The notes beneath the pieces are model-generated. The model was given only the letters and a program-made list of their open reading frames with translations. It did not search any database and was not told where the DNA came from. From NCBI GenBank assembly GCA_040954595.2, contig CM082592.2, forward strand, positions 8,729,677 to 8,793,676: 64,000 nucleotides of DNA, read 5' to 3'. The first letter of the stretch is position 1. Each line of letters opens with the position of its first letter. Origin of the DNA: Balanoglossus misakiensis. Taxonomy: Eukaryota > Animalia > Hemichordata. Positions 52,001 through 64,000 of the stretch are shown one piece after another. Position numbers and translations under genes: made by a program.

Positions 52001-55000
52001 GTGTAACTGAGCCATCTTGGGATAAATAAATCAAGCCCAAATTTGAGACATTGCATCTTTAAGGAGCAAACACGTACCGCAACCAATGGGAGACATTATG
52101 TCTTTAAAGAGAGTAGGACCCCCCCCCCCCTCACTATCCAATGAACACATCCGATACAGAGTGGGCGGATTCTGATATTCACTGATTTTTACATCTGTAA
52201 CTAATGGGATTGAATCAGTTGTAAAAATGCACAACAAAATTATTTCCAGTTGTGACAGAGAGAACAGCTTTACGTGCGCCCACCGACGAGAAACCACAAT
52301 CACCCGACCATAAACTTGAATACACTACCAGTCGATAACATCAGTGTCATAAAATTTGTGACCAATACATCAAAAGATGACGATACACATGTTGTGGCCA
52401 TAAAACAGATTCACTGACAGATTTTCCCCCACATAAAATGTAAACGGTGATTCCTGTCGCAAATTAGCGTACACGCATTTTCGCAATCTCTCCCTCCCCG
52501 TGTCAAAACTTATTTGTCAGGATTTACGATTACAAGTCCTTTTTTGCCATACACAGCATCAGCGTACGTTACTTCGTTGAAAAGTACAAAAAGCATCGCA
52601 CGCTAATAAACTTAAAGCACTTTTTTTTTTCTGGTGTTTGCCATATTGCCTGATCCTTCCTCCCTTTTCATTTGAAATTTCATTTTGAAATGGGGTTAAG
52701 CCCCCAGGCTTTATTTCACAGTACAGCATACGGCTGGCCCGTGTACGACCAACTGTTACCAAATGCGGGATTTATCTCCGGGTAGATACTGATGAAAAAT
52801 AATTCCATCTTTGTGGCGTTATCTGTTAGTAAATCTCAACCACCGTGTCCTCTGCTAATTTTTATAAAACTCAAACGATCCTGATGTCTTGATATTTTAA
52901 GGGAGCACAATTATGAAACAGCAAACTGCTCTCTGTTTATGAGTTTATTTTAATAAACAGAGAAATGAAATCTCCACGCTGGGATTTACACCCGCCTACA
53001 ACTTTCAGCAACTCCGGAACTGTTTGTTACACTGAGGCCTAATGAATTTAAACATCCATTTTTGAGATGGAACCAGTCGCGGTTGCATGACCCCATGGAT
53101 CTCTCTCACAATATGGCATTTTCATCTTCACATCAGCCGCTATTTGGGCCGGGAGAGGCCATTGTCTACAAGCCTACTTGGCACAGCAATATCGATAATT
53201 AAATAACTTTCCACTTCACTCTTTTTTTAACATGAAAAACTGGCGCATATGTTTGCCTGTCAGATTATCCTTGTTGTTGTATTGCCATCACCTGGTGCCA
53301 TAAACACATTCAATATTTTTCTTTCAGTTTAACAATGTTTCAGAATAAAAAAAAATCACTACAGATGGCATATTATAGATTAAAAGAAGGCGTGGCGTAA
53401 CGCATAGCTGCATAATCATGCAAGAAAAATTTACCAACTGGCTAGACATGTATGTATGTATGTATGTATGTATGTATGTATGTATGTATGTATGTATGTA
53501 TCTATGTATCTATGTATCTATGTATCTATGTATGTATGTAGTCAATGGTCACTAATGTTTCTTTCCTATACTCACCATTTTACTTCTCTGTTGTTTCCCA
53601 AGCATGTCAACAATGTAATTGTGAGCTGTAAACAGAACAAAAAATGAAAATGTTGATCAAATTAGCGCAGTGAGCATTTAACAGTTACAACCATGTGATT
53701 ATGAATGTGGAAACCTGCACGATATTAAACGATAACACTGTCTTTCAATTTCCTTGTCCCTCTCACTCGTGGTCCAACCCTATCACGTTCATCTGTGCGG
53801 TTGAATCCATGTAGAGCAAAATAGGGGGGACAGAGTGATGGCAGAGCAGAGGTGCAAAGACATTGTCTCGAGCAGTGTTTCAAATATATCTGGTCAACAC
53901 TTGATGTCAACAGCAACTTCGGTACACAAAGTTTGTAAAGCGACACGTCCCCAGCACAGTTGAGGCATATTTAGAAACAGTTCCAGACACAAAGACTACA
54001 AAAAATGGTGATTGATATCAGTGACAAATATCTGTGATTCCATACGGCCAATATGATGAGTGCCTATATCTAAGAATGTCCACCGATAACAGAAAAAATC
54101 TACCAGCAACGCAGATCTACTGTTTATAGTTTTTTGACCAAAATAACTATTGTACATTGTATATTCATGATTTTTTAAGAGCAGAGGGGTAAGTTTTTAG
54201 GCGCAGTACTACAAACAGTTGTTTATGGTTACACCTACAGACAAAGATATCTCCATACGGGCTACAGGAGTTCATTTCATTTGATGCGTTGCATTTTTTT
54301 CGGTACATTTGATCCGATTTTTGATCAAATTTATCATCAGAATGTGAAACACCTCACATTTGTTGAGCAAAAACCACACATGCCCAGTGTCTCATTCGAT
54401 AATAACTGTGATTGAATATGAAGTTTTCAAGACCAAACATTCCACAGGTGTGTGACGCAAAATCCGCGCTGAAAGACATTTCAACACTGCTGTGAAAACT
54501 GCCACTGAAAGTGGCGGGAGAACCAAAGGAGAGCTTTCTGTGAAATTCCAAACATCCAAGACGACAGGAAGTGAAATGTGCCCTTGAATGACAGCGTGTC
54601 AACAATTATTTGTCCCTTGTCCTCAAAAACACTTCCTCGGGGGAAAAAAACAACTGTCTTGCTTCTAGCGTATATATACAAGCCGTTACCACGCAATGAA
54701 AAAGAATACCCGCAACAGATGCAGGAATATGTTCAGGAAACTATAAGCTACTAATGTGGCATTTTAATACACCATAAAAAGATTAAAATGCCCTATGATT
54801 TTTCCCCCGCCATTCTTAAATTACAGTTGGCAAATATTTTTCTTGCCTTTGCTCACAGAGTACATTACATTACTGAATTTTATGACAATGTAATGAGCTG
54901 CTTTACGTTGCAATAAAGGGTCTTTTCCCAGGATAAGCCTCTGGGTAAATTCAATCAGATTTCTTCTCGGCAGTCTAATGCCAACTTTTTTTTATACTGA

Positions 55001-56676
55001 GTTAAAATTCTTCTTGACAATTTGGTCTCGGTTATGGCGGGACATTAGCCAGACCTGTGACGCAATCAGTGTTGTGCACATGACCAGGATGACACCTACA
55101 AACTCTGTGTGTTGCCATGGTGACTGGTCTACACAAACTTGGTTTTTCATCTGCATTAAGGATGTACAGACAGTGCCCCTCTTCAAGGAAATATGTACAA
55201 GTACCTTTAGGGGTGTGGGACTCGGATAATTGACAGAAAATTACAATTCCTGAAAGAGACTGTTTTGTATGTCATATCCTTATTAAAGTCATAGGGATAT
55301 TACATACAGCCACTTTTAAGGTACCTTTGCCCATTTATCTGTTCAGCCAATCAGATGTAGAGTGACTCACTGGCTTTAATTGACCACCAAACCAACAATA
55401 ACAAAATGCTGCAAGGACGACCGGGGATAATGCAGGTTCTCTCTGATCGCCACTGATTGGGCGATTTGTAAGAAAGGAGCATGAATGCACCCAATCACAT
55501 TATCCGTATTGTAGGAGCGGATAATACTGATCTCTTTGACAAGTTGAAAAGAGAGATGGCATTTTGGGGTCTGTGGCTCAGCAGTCGAGCTAATCAGACA
55601 ACCTCCAGCTGTACAGATCTCTCATTTCCTGTGGCCAAGCGTTTTTAAACGTCTCTCAAACGGGAGAGGGGCTGGGTGCGGAAGTCGGACCAGTTTACTC
55701 GAGTTGAGGTGCATTACGGCTGCCTAATTGAGTGTGTGTGGATCCCCCACACGTCTCTTCTGCATAAGAACCTGTCATTCTGATGAAAGAAGCAGTTTCT
55801 GACTCGATCTCCCCCGCTTTAAAATAAAGAACAAAAATTCCCCTGAATTTTCTCATAAGAGATGCAAGAGACAGGTTCTCTGTGTGTGTATCTGGTTTGT
55901 GGATTTAGTCGTAATGTTTTCGCTCCTCGTCGGATTCCTACTGTGAAGTTTCTCTTTAATTTTGTCTCAGATTCAAGCTGTCACTGGTCTGTTTTTTTTG
56001 CTTTCTTAGGGACACTTAAATACTGAATATAGTTTGATTACCCGGTACAGTTGAATTTTTTTAAAGAATTTTTCATCATGACAGAATCACTCAGCATGCT
56101 TTAGAAGAACCAGAAAAAAAGTGAAACATAATTTTCTTTACAGCAAGCAGCTTGCCTGGAGCTGACTGATTCCATCTTTTGTGCAGTGTAACAAATGGAA
56201 AGACTGATTTCCACTGCAGAGAATATGGTTTTCTGTGCGTGAAACCTCTCTGTAGCATTCGGTGACAAAACCTGTCATGACCTTACTATTCCACAAAACA
56301 TTCATCTATGCCGCCTCAAAATCCAAAAATTTGTGTTTTATTAAAACTTCAGTCAAATTCTACAAATAAACAACTGGACGACTAGTGATAACAGTGTGAC
56401 AGACTGAAACTGTATATCCCTTGATTTTCAGAGCCAGACTGTTTTTCTCTGAAGACCATAAAAACATGATTTCAAGTGACGAGGAAAAGAGGAGGAGGGT
56501 GTATCGACACTTACCCCGGAGGAGGACATTCTGTTGACTTTGGTCATTGAGATCACGACAGTCAGGCACTGCGCGCTTCAGAACATCAATGGAATGCTTG
56601 AGGGACTCTCTCCTCTTCTGTTCGGAAATCTTGTGAAGCGTTCTCCGATCCACCTGATTGGGGTCTAAATTCTGGG
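42991..56676 (-). CDS. Divergent class-B bHLH-leucine-zipper transcription factor (USF/Mlx/Max-like superfamily), 5'-partial
   Basis: Exons 56676-56515, 53625-53576 and 44150-44062 splice in frame via strong GT-AG sites: ..DRRTLHKISEQKRRESLKHSIDVLKRAVPDCRDLNDQSQQNVLLR|AHNYIVDMLGKQQRSKM|CAEELDSLKNCNHRLQDEISLLRQECELI. A terminal exon acceptor lies at 43079. The stop is at 43067 (direct splice) or 42991 (via a candidate 23-nt exon, 43961-43939). Start exon not identified. Confidence 0.8.
44062..44150 (-). CDS. bHLH-ZIP exon: leucine zipper
   Basis: ttattttcag acceptor and GTGAGG donor. Heptads LKNCNHR-LQDEISL-LRQECEL-I. Confidence 0.8.
53448..53540. repeat. (TATG)n/(TATC)n microsatellite
   Basis: Direct read; lies ~35 bp into the intron after the helix-2 exon. 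Confidence 0.95.
53576..53625 (-). CDS. bHLH-ZIP exon: helix 2
   Basis: ttttttgttctgtttacag acceptor and GTGAGT donor; 50 nt, phase 1 to 0. Encodes AHNYIVDM, matching the A-x-x-YI-x-x-L helix-2 pattern. Confidence 0.82.
56515..56676 (-). CDS. bHLH-ZIP exon: basic region, helix 1, loop
   Basis: (TC)n-containing polypyrimidine acceptor and GTAAGT donor. Encodes HKISEQKRR (H5-E9-R13 class-B signature) and LKRAVP. Confidence 0.88.
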
Positions 56677-59600
56677 CTGCAAGCAGAACAGAGAGAGAGA
56701 GAGAGAAATCATAAGAATGGTTTCGGAGACAAGGTACGTGGCTTATTTCTGCCACACCTGTGATGTAGTGGGCCTATATGGATGAACGATCAGATTGAAG
56801 CAGAATAAAAACACCACATTATGCAAAGACACTCAAAATAACAGCAAACACTTGTCAGGCCAGAAAGCAAGGATTGAGTGAACACTGTGAACTACATCAA
56901 AGTTAGGGTTTATTTGCAAATTTGAGAAGATCTTGAACGAAACTGAAATATTTCTAAAATTATTATGAAATTGTCGGGGTCTACAAGAGTAATATGAAAT
57001 TATGTTTTTACTCAGACGAAAACCAAACTGTTGCCAGAGGAACGGATTATTACGAGCGTGCTGTTTACAGTTGGATCGGATTTGTACACAAAAAGAAATT
57101 GATCAACTGTTGGTACACAGCGACAGTGTGACGTTCGTTGGCGTGCGTGTGAGGGGAAGGTTTCGTCACACTAATACTTCCTGCGGTAGCAGCAGTGAAG
57201 CGCTAAACGGATCACAAGTCTTTAGTGACACAGCTGTTCTGTTTCACTGCATTCGAAATTAGGTGGGCACAGCTAAAGCTTTCATGGCGTTCACCTGATT
57301 GACAAGCCGTTGGTTGTACTGCTAGTGGACTGGTGGCATTTCCACGATTTTTTTAAAAACTAAAATATGAACACCGATCCAACTGGACAAAACTACACTA
57401 AAATTGTAAACTCGGCTAATGGTACTGCAGCCCTAGAAAATCACAGAGCGTCAGATTAAAAACTGTCATTATCTCATAACAATAACTCTGACCGCTTGTT
57501 GGTTAGTCCCCAAATTATCATCTCAGAGACAACAAGAGATGATAATGCGAAAAGATGCTTCAGAGTAAGTTTCCATCAAGATTAATACGTACAGCATCAT
57601 TAGACAAATTACCTCTGGACCAGAATCAGCTCAAAAAGGTTCTCAAGAATAATTACCAAATAGCAGATGCTTAAAAGGCTGTAATCTTTCATTTGAAGGT
57701 GAAGTAATTACACTCAGGGAAAAAAAGATAAGTTGTTAAAAATTAAATCTGATTTCCAAAAAAAAAAATGTTAGAATTGTTAGCAAAGATGGCCGCCCCA
57801 CATCAATATGCAAATTACTAGAGTGACATCATTCCCCTTACTTGCAGCTTATCACATTTCTTATCGACTCTCTAATGAGATTTTGTGATTGGAGGAAGGC
57901 TGAGTTTTATCGGAAATTCTATACCCTATCAAAAGGTTAAATAAGCGTGAAATTGGTGTCAATATAAACGAAGTGTATTATGAATAGATAAATGAACTGA
58001 AACTATGATGCAATTCCTTCAGCCAGACAGTGTGTTAGCGGGGGGAAAAAACACCACTCTCTTTCAATAAATCAATCGCTGGCGCTTTCATCTTCAGATT
58101 TCAATGCATATATTTTGCACCCTTCAATGTTCCCACTGTTGCGTCGCACCTGAAATCCTCCTACGATGAAAAGTTTCTCTTTTGATTTGACGCGGACTAT
58201 TATTGGCAAAGAGACGCACGTACGCATCACTGGTAATTCAACCTGTCTGTCTTCCTCTGTGTGTAAAGTGGAAAATCCTACCAGCTTTTGTGTTTGAAAT
58301 CTCACCACTGGGTCACTGCCCGGTGTTCTACAGTCGCATAATACACCTGTGAGTCCCTGTCATGTTGAAATATTTCAACCAGTTCACGCAAATTCAACCA
58401 TCAGATATAAGGACAATTCTACACCAATTAAAAAAAAAACTTAGAAAAAAAACTCAAACTGGCTGACAGCCCGTTAAAAAACAGACTCAGAACAATTATG
58501 AGAAAGATAAAGGACAACTTTTGGAACACTTCATTAGAAAAAGAATGTATTTACTTCTTTTTGTATTAGCTTTTCTTCTTTATTCCTCAAGACTTAAGTC
58601 TGATTCTGAATTTGAGTCGAAAACATCTGTATCAGAGTAACCACTGTAAAGTGATCCACTCACTCTAGTCTCGCACACACCGTGCCGTGTAAAAGTTGCA
58701 TCGAGTCTATTGATCAGTTTTTTTACCTCCGTTTCTGAGCTTCAACTGCGACTAGGAAGTCGACCCTCCGCCGAGACTGTATTAAATGTCAATGAGACTT
58801 AAAAACTGTGTGTGTGTAAAAAATCCCAAAGTAGGGAAAAGAAAACGTCGAAGAAATCGACTCGACTATTACACTAAACTAGAAGGAGTCATGGAGTTAA
58901 GACAAATACGTCCAACGTTGACGAGTTCTCATAATGGGTCGTGAAAATATCCCCGAGTTGGGGAAGGAGATTTAACCGTCTTCTCATACGTGTATGCCGT
59001 TTGCCAGGTGCAAGCAGCGACGGCCTACTCATTTCTCGTTTCTGGATACCCCTTTTATCGCGGTTCCCAGCCCCATTCATCGGCGGAGAAAAATAGCAGA
59101 GCACTACCCCGACGATTTCATTTTCTAAAATAAGAATTCCTTCAGTGGTAACCCCTGATGAAAACGCATTCATCTAGCCACTGTTGGGTGTGCCTATTTT
59201 TAATGCACAGCTATTCAGGGGATGTGAGCAAATTAATTTTCTCCTGAACTGCTTCGTGCACTCAGTCTTGATGTGCGGAATTTTTAATAATTACTCACCA
59301 AGATTAAAACCTACGGTGGCTACGCGTTTACCGCTGTCAGGGCTATTAAAATGTTAGACTTGTGATTTTCATTTTCTTGCGTGAATGTTTCGACAATCTG
59401 CTGGTATGTTTGTGCTCACAAACCGACCTTTTCTTTGCTGACTTCAATGATGAACAGATACAGCGATAGAATTCCTCACACTTTCCATTTTTTTATGCTT
59501 TCATTCCGAAAACTTGTTATGTTTTATAGATTGTGTTGTAAACTTTAAAAGCTAATAAAATACATTTTATCTTTTTGTTTAAAAATTCGAATCTACAAAG

Positions 59601-60181
59601 GAATGCCCAAGCCACCTTTTGATGGACAAAACATCTTTTTTAATGAATTGTTCAGATTACCTTTCTTTTGGATAAAATTCCCGATGAAACATCCACTCTC
59701 CAAACAAGTTGTGATATGGATTCTTTTCATGACACTTTTTTGTTTGAGAAAGTTTACAAAATGAATATTGTGATATTCTGATTACGTCCTCGTACCACTC
59801 ACTTTCCCTGCAGACATCTAGCAAATATCTCTCAATTCATTTGTTATCTACAGTCAAGCTGTGCATTCATGTCACAAACATCTTATGATCTAATACACAG
59901 ACATCTTCCAGCTATCCAATTTGTAGTCCACACTGCATGATAATCATGAACCCCACCCCTAGGGATGCATCGCCCAGTCTTTGTATACACCATAGTGTCA
60001 ACACCTCCAACCACTTTATCAGTGTATGTTTCATCTGTACAGACTTGCCCCTGCCCATGGGGAATATTTATTCTGGGCCGGGCCGGGGTGGGGTCTATTT
60101 ATCTTTAACCCAACAGGCCTCATCAGTTCTGGGGTGTGTGTACATGATACAGACACTCATGCATATGACACATGGAGTCAG

Positions 60182-60319
<138 letters not shown>

Positions 60320-63300
60320 GATTCCCACCATTCATTTGTCTTGGGGTATCTGTATACATCTGACCCGTGGGGTACATCTGTTCTGGGGTGTCTACACACA
60401 ACTGTCCCATCTGTCTCCAGCAGTGAAAAGTCCCCATGGAACACACCACACAGTCGGCATAATCAGAGACCAGCCTCGACTAATCTATCACCGGCCCCGA
60501 GCAGTGTTTACGTTCTTTCTTACTAATCGCAATTTCTCTTTGATAAATTTTAATACAACACAATGAATATTTCAGCATGTGTTCATAGATCTTCCGTGAT
60601 ATACCTTTCCCTGAGCTGTGCCTTGTATACAGAGATCAGGCATCAAAATTTCATCTGACAAAGATTTTGCATTTAATTGATTCTGCCAACATTTCAGGGC
60701 TGTCAAGAACGGTAATGTGTGTATTTTCTGGTTCGCCATTTAAATATGCTGACTCTTCAAACTTTAATAATGCAAGTGTTCGGAAAAAACGTACTCTCCT
60801 GAGGGATTGCAATACTCCCCATTTTTTTCACATCACACTTAAATACAAATGATGGGTAATCTCTTCTTTGTTTCAGCAACACAAAAAAATAATTGGGTTT
60901 GTGAACCGTCCACAATTTCCTCAAACAGTTAGATGCACGTGCCCGCAGAAAACAAGCATCCTAATAATGGAATCGTGAAAACTCTCGGATGATTTACAAA
61001 TGCCAACAACAATTAAAGGGAAGGAAGCTGGTGGGTGGTTGTCAGAATGCATCCAAAGGAATAAAATAATTTAAATTCAAATGGATCCACACTTGTGTCC
61101 TGTGTTAAAACTCTATTATTCCACATGACATCAAAAGCTTGTCATAGCAAAGTTGACAGTGCAGAATTTCTTTGTAAACGTTGTCTAATTTGTATCGGGA
61201 ATTGTGCCTGTTTATCTTGAAAAGATTGTCTGATTTAATTAACATCTTGGGCCAGAACAGATTTATTTATGAGCGAGATTTTAGGAGATTAATGGTTGTC
61301 CGGAATTCTGTTGCCATGGAAACTGGAAGGGGTTGTTTACAATCAAATTGTGATTTCAGGACTTGACAGGTATAAACACAAACAGCATATTGGTAGTATC
61401 TCAGTGTGTAGTCAGTTAGTCAGAGCTATAAAAATATAATTGCGTTAATTTTGATTGACAGCAGTGTGGATACCATGGCAACAAATATGGCGGACATCCC
61501 ACATGTTTTCTAGTCACGTCTGCATTGTGATGACAATGCCGTTCTGTTATGTAAATGTCCCTCATAAACCACACAAACTGCAAATATGTTGTGTATCCAC
61601 GGTTACTGCCCTTCAAAACCAGTGATGAGCCGCCACCACTGTATGTAAACAGCATGGGCAATTTGAGGTCAGTTACCATGGAGACCAAGATTACTTGTGA
61701 TTTTCAATGGTGTTTAAGTCCTCCTGACACACCCAACACACGTGTGGTGGGGGCTTAACAAAATGCTATCACCGTAGTTACTGCTGCGTGGCGTGGCGGA
61801 GGCGGGATAGTGTAGGGATAGACCCCTCAATGAAAAAAATTTGCTCTCCAGCAAAGTTTAATTTGCAAGCACATGACGATTATCTCCAGGACAGAAATTA
61901 TGCATATCAATAAATTTACAAACTCTGGAATTTATTTTCCTCATAAATGCACCACTTCTGTAATCATAATCATAAATCACGAAAAGAAACAAAATGAATA
62001 TACCGATGCACATGGAGGAGCTGAGGACTTGATCTTGAATTTGACCACCCCACCCCCCCTCAAGAGAAGGAATGGAACGGTCCTATATGAGACTTGTACA
62101 TGAGCTTTTGCTTCTTTCTGCACATCAATGTAGGGGTGATTGCACGCCACACATTGTAGGTGCTAACTGCAAAATATTCCATCAAATAATCTACAAATGC
62201 AGCAACCTGGCCGTATCGTTCATGACACTCCATCTAAATACTTTAACATAATTTGTTAACTTGAAAAAAAAATAATGAAAAAAAAAAATGTCTGTATCAA
62301 CTTACATCTTGTCGAATGTTTTTGTACAAAAGACTATTGTCGTATTGTGCAAGCTACATGTTTTAGCCCTCTTGTGGTCTTTTTTACTTCAAAGAGTTTT
62401 TATTAACTTAATTATCTTGATTTTCTAGTGTTCCTAATATCACTTGATGGCTCATCATGATAAAAAGTAAACCCTTTTTCAATCACTGGGCACACAAGCC
62501 CGCAGTCAGCTTTGTCTAAAATTTCCATCTGTTTTCCCTCTCTCTCTCTCTGTCCTCGTAAACTATTACTCACAAAGGCTTGTTCTTCCTCCATTAGCGC
62601 ACAAAAATGTAAACGACAATAGCATAAAAGCCTTCCAAATTTGCCAAACCAAATAACTGCTTCCCTCCCAAAATGACTCCCATTCAGGGGTGTAATTGTA
62701 ATGTAAGCAAGCAGACAGCAAACATGGCCAGTGTGGGCCGATTCAATAATTAATGAAAAAAGCATCGATTGCTCGGGAAAGAAAGGAGGCTGGCCTCCAG
62801 CAAATACATAAAATCAGCTCCCGTTGAATAATGGATGAAAACCTATGTAAATTACAAAAATATTAGCCCCGAGCAAACACGGGCTTATTTACAGATGCAA
62901 AGACCTCGCAGGCTTATTAGCATTCCAGTCAGGAACGGGTGTTATGCATTGCTGTATTTAGCCTTTCCTCATTTACGTATATCATAACCCCACTGTCAGA
63001 ACACAGCTTATTGAACTCTCTGAGACCACATGTGCTCTGAGTTTCCTAATCCTTGCATAAAGTGAATTACGCCAAAGATTCAGGGTAGACAAAAGTCGGC
63101 GCAAAAATAATCGCCGGCAATAGGGTCCTTCGTAGTGCGGGAATCAGGGCTGGGAAAGACGATTTGGAATAAAATATGGGAATGAATGAATTCATCAATG
63201 AAATTTAGCATTTTCCTCTGGGCAAAACGTTACTTTTCTTCGCCGAATGAAAAGAAGCCTCAGTCATGGGCGGACATAGCATTGGAGTTCACCATATCAC

Positions 63301-64000
63301 TGTTGATTAATTTTTTTGCATGCAGAATTTTGCACAAAAATTAATGTCAGTTTTTTGTTAGCATCCAAACTATAGAGATTACTCGTAGCTTTCACATTCT
63401 GAACTATCGTTTTTTTATGGCTAATGTGAGCTGCACACACTATACAATGAGCCATTTACTGGGAAAATAGCTAAATTAGAGCGTAATATCTTCCTTGATT
63501 TCAATGACTGTTATGGCCTAGTGATTCACACGATATTGAGCTGTTTCATTAGCAATAATGTGTTTGGTGAACTGGACACAAATGGAGGTTTGTCTTTGTG
63601 AGCGTGTGCGTTGTTAGCATGTATGTGCAAGCATGCGTGTATACCGTTTTCTCCCTTTTGTGTGTGCTGTGAGAGTGCCTGTAATGAGGATTTTGGGGAA
63701 TGTAGAGGTGGTGTCTATCTGCATGTCTGTCTGTATATCCCTCTACACATGTCTAAGCCTGTAGCTGCTTGTGAACTGGAGAATGTGCATTTTACCAGGT
63801 GCATTCACACCTACACATGCTGGAATACAGTTTTGATAAATATGGTTACATAAATTTCTTCCCTATGGCAAAATTGCATTATGAGATACATTTCAACAAA
63901 TCTCATGTTAATTTTGAGACACCCTGGCAGTTTTTCTGAACATGCACGAGCGCATCATTTTCTCTGTTTTAAAAATTCAATGAAGGCTCTACGTGATGAC

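Noticed and set aside
63300-63350. Imperfect AT-rich inverted repeat
   Set aside because: A ~15-bp low-complexity stem without a TSD; expected by chance.

Overview
Eukaryotic (invertebrate bilaterian, plausibly a marine deuterostome; taxon is inference) genomic DNA with GT-AG introns, in three zones. (1) 0.4-11.6 kb: two compact genes head-to-head across a ~350 bp promoter, INO80B (minus, 8 exons, 318 aa) and Rabaptin-5/RABEP (plus, 21 exons, 983 aa) with a C-terminal degenerate FYVE finger. (2) 11.66-38.86 kb: a ~27 kb tandem array of an 87-bp AT-rich monomer (~312 copies) built from adjacent dyad symmetries, with multi-kb internal duplications and older-type monomers at both edges. The long ORFs in the ORF track here are by-products of the repeat. 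(3) 38.9-64 kb: a long-intron minus-strand gene for a divergent class-B bHLH-leucine-zipper protein, convergent with Rabaptin across the array. Three core exons are resolved, its 3' end is ambiguous and its first exon was not found. This zone also holds microsatellites and several motif clusters. No prokaryotic genes, CRISPR arrays, rRNA/tRNA or transposase ORFs were seen. All exon models were read by eye and need RNA-seq confirmation.
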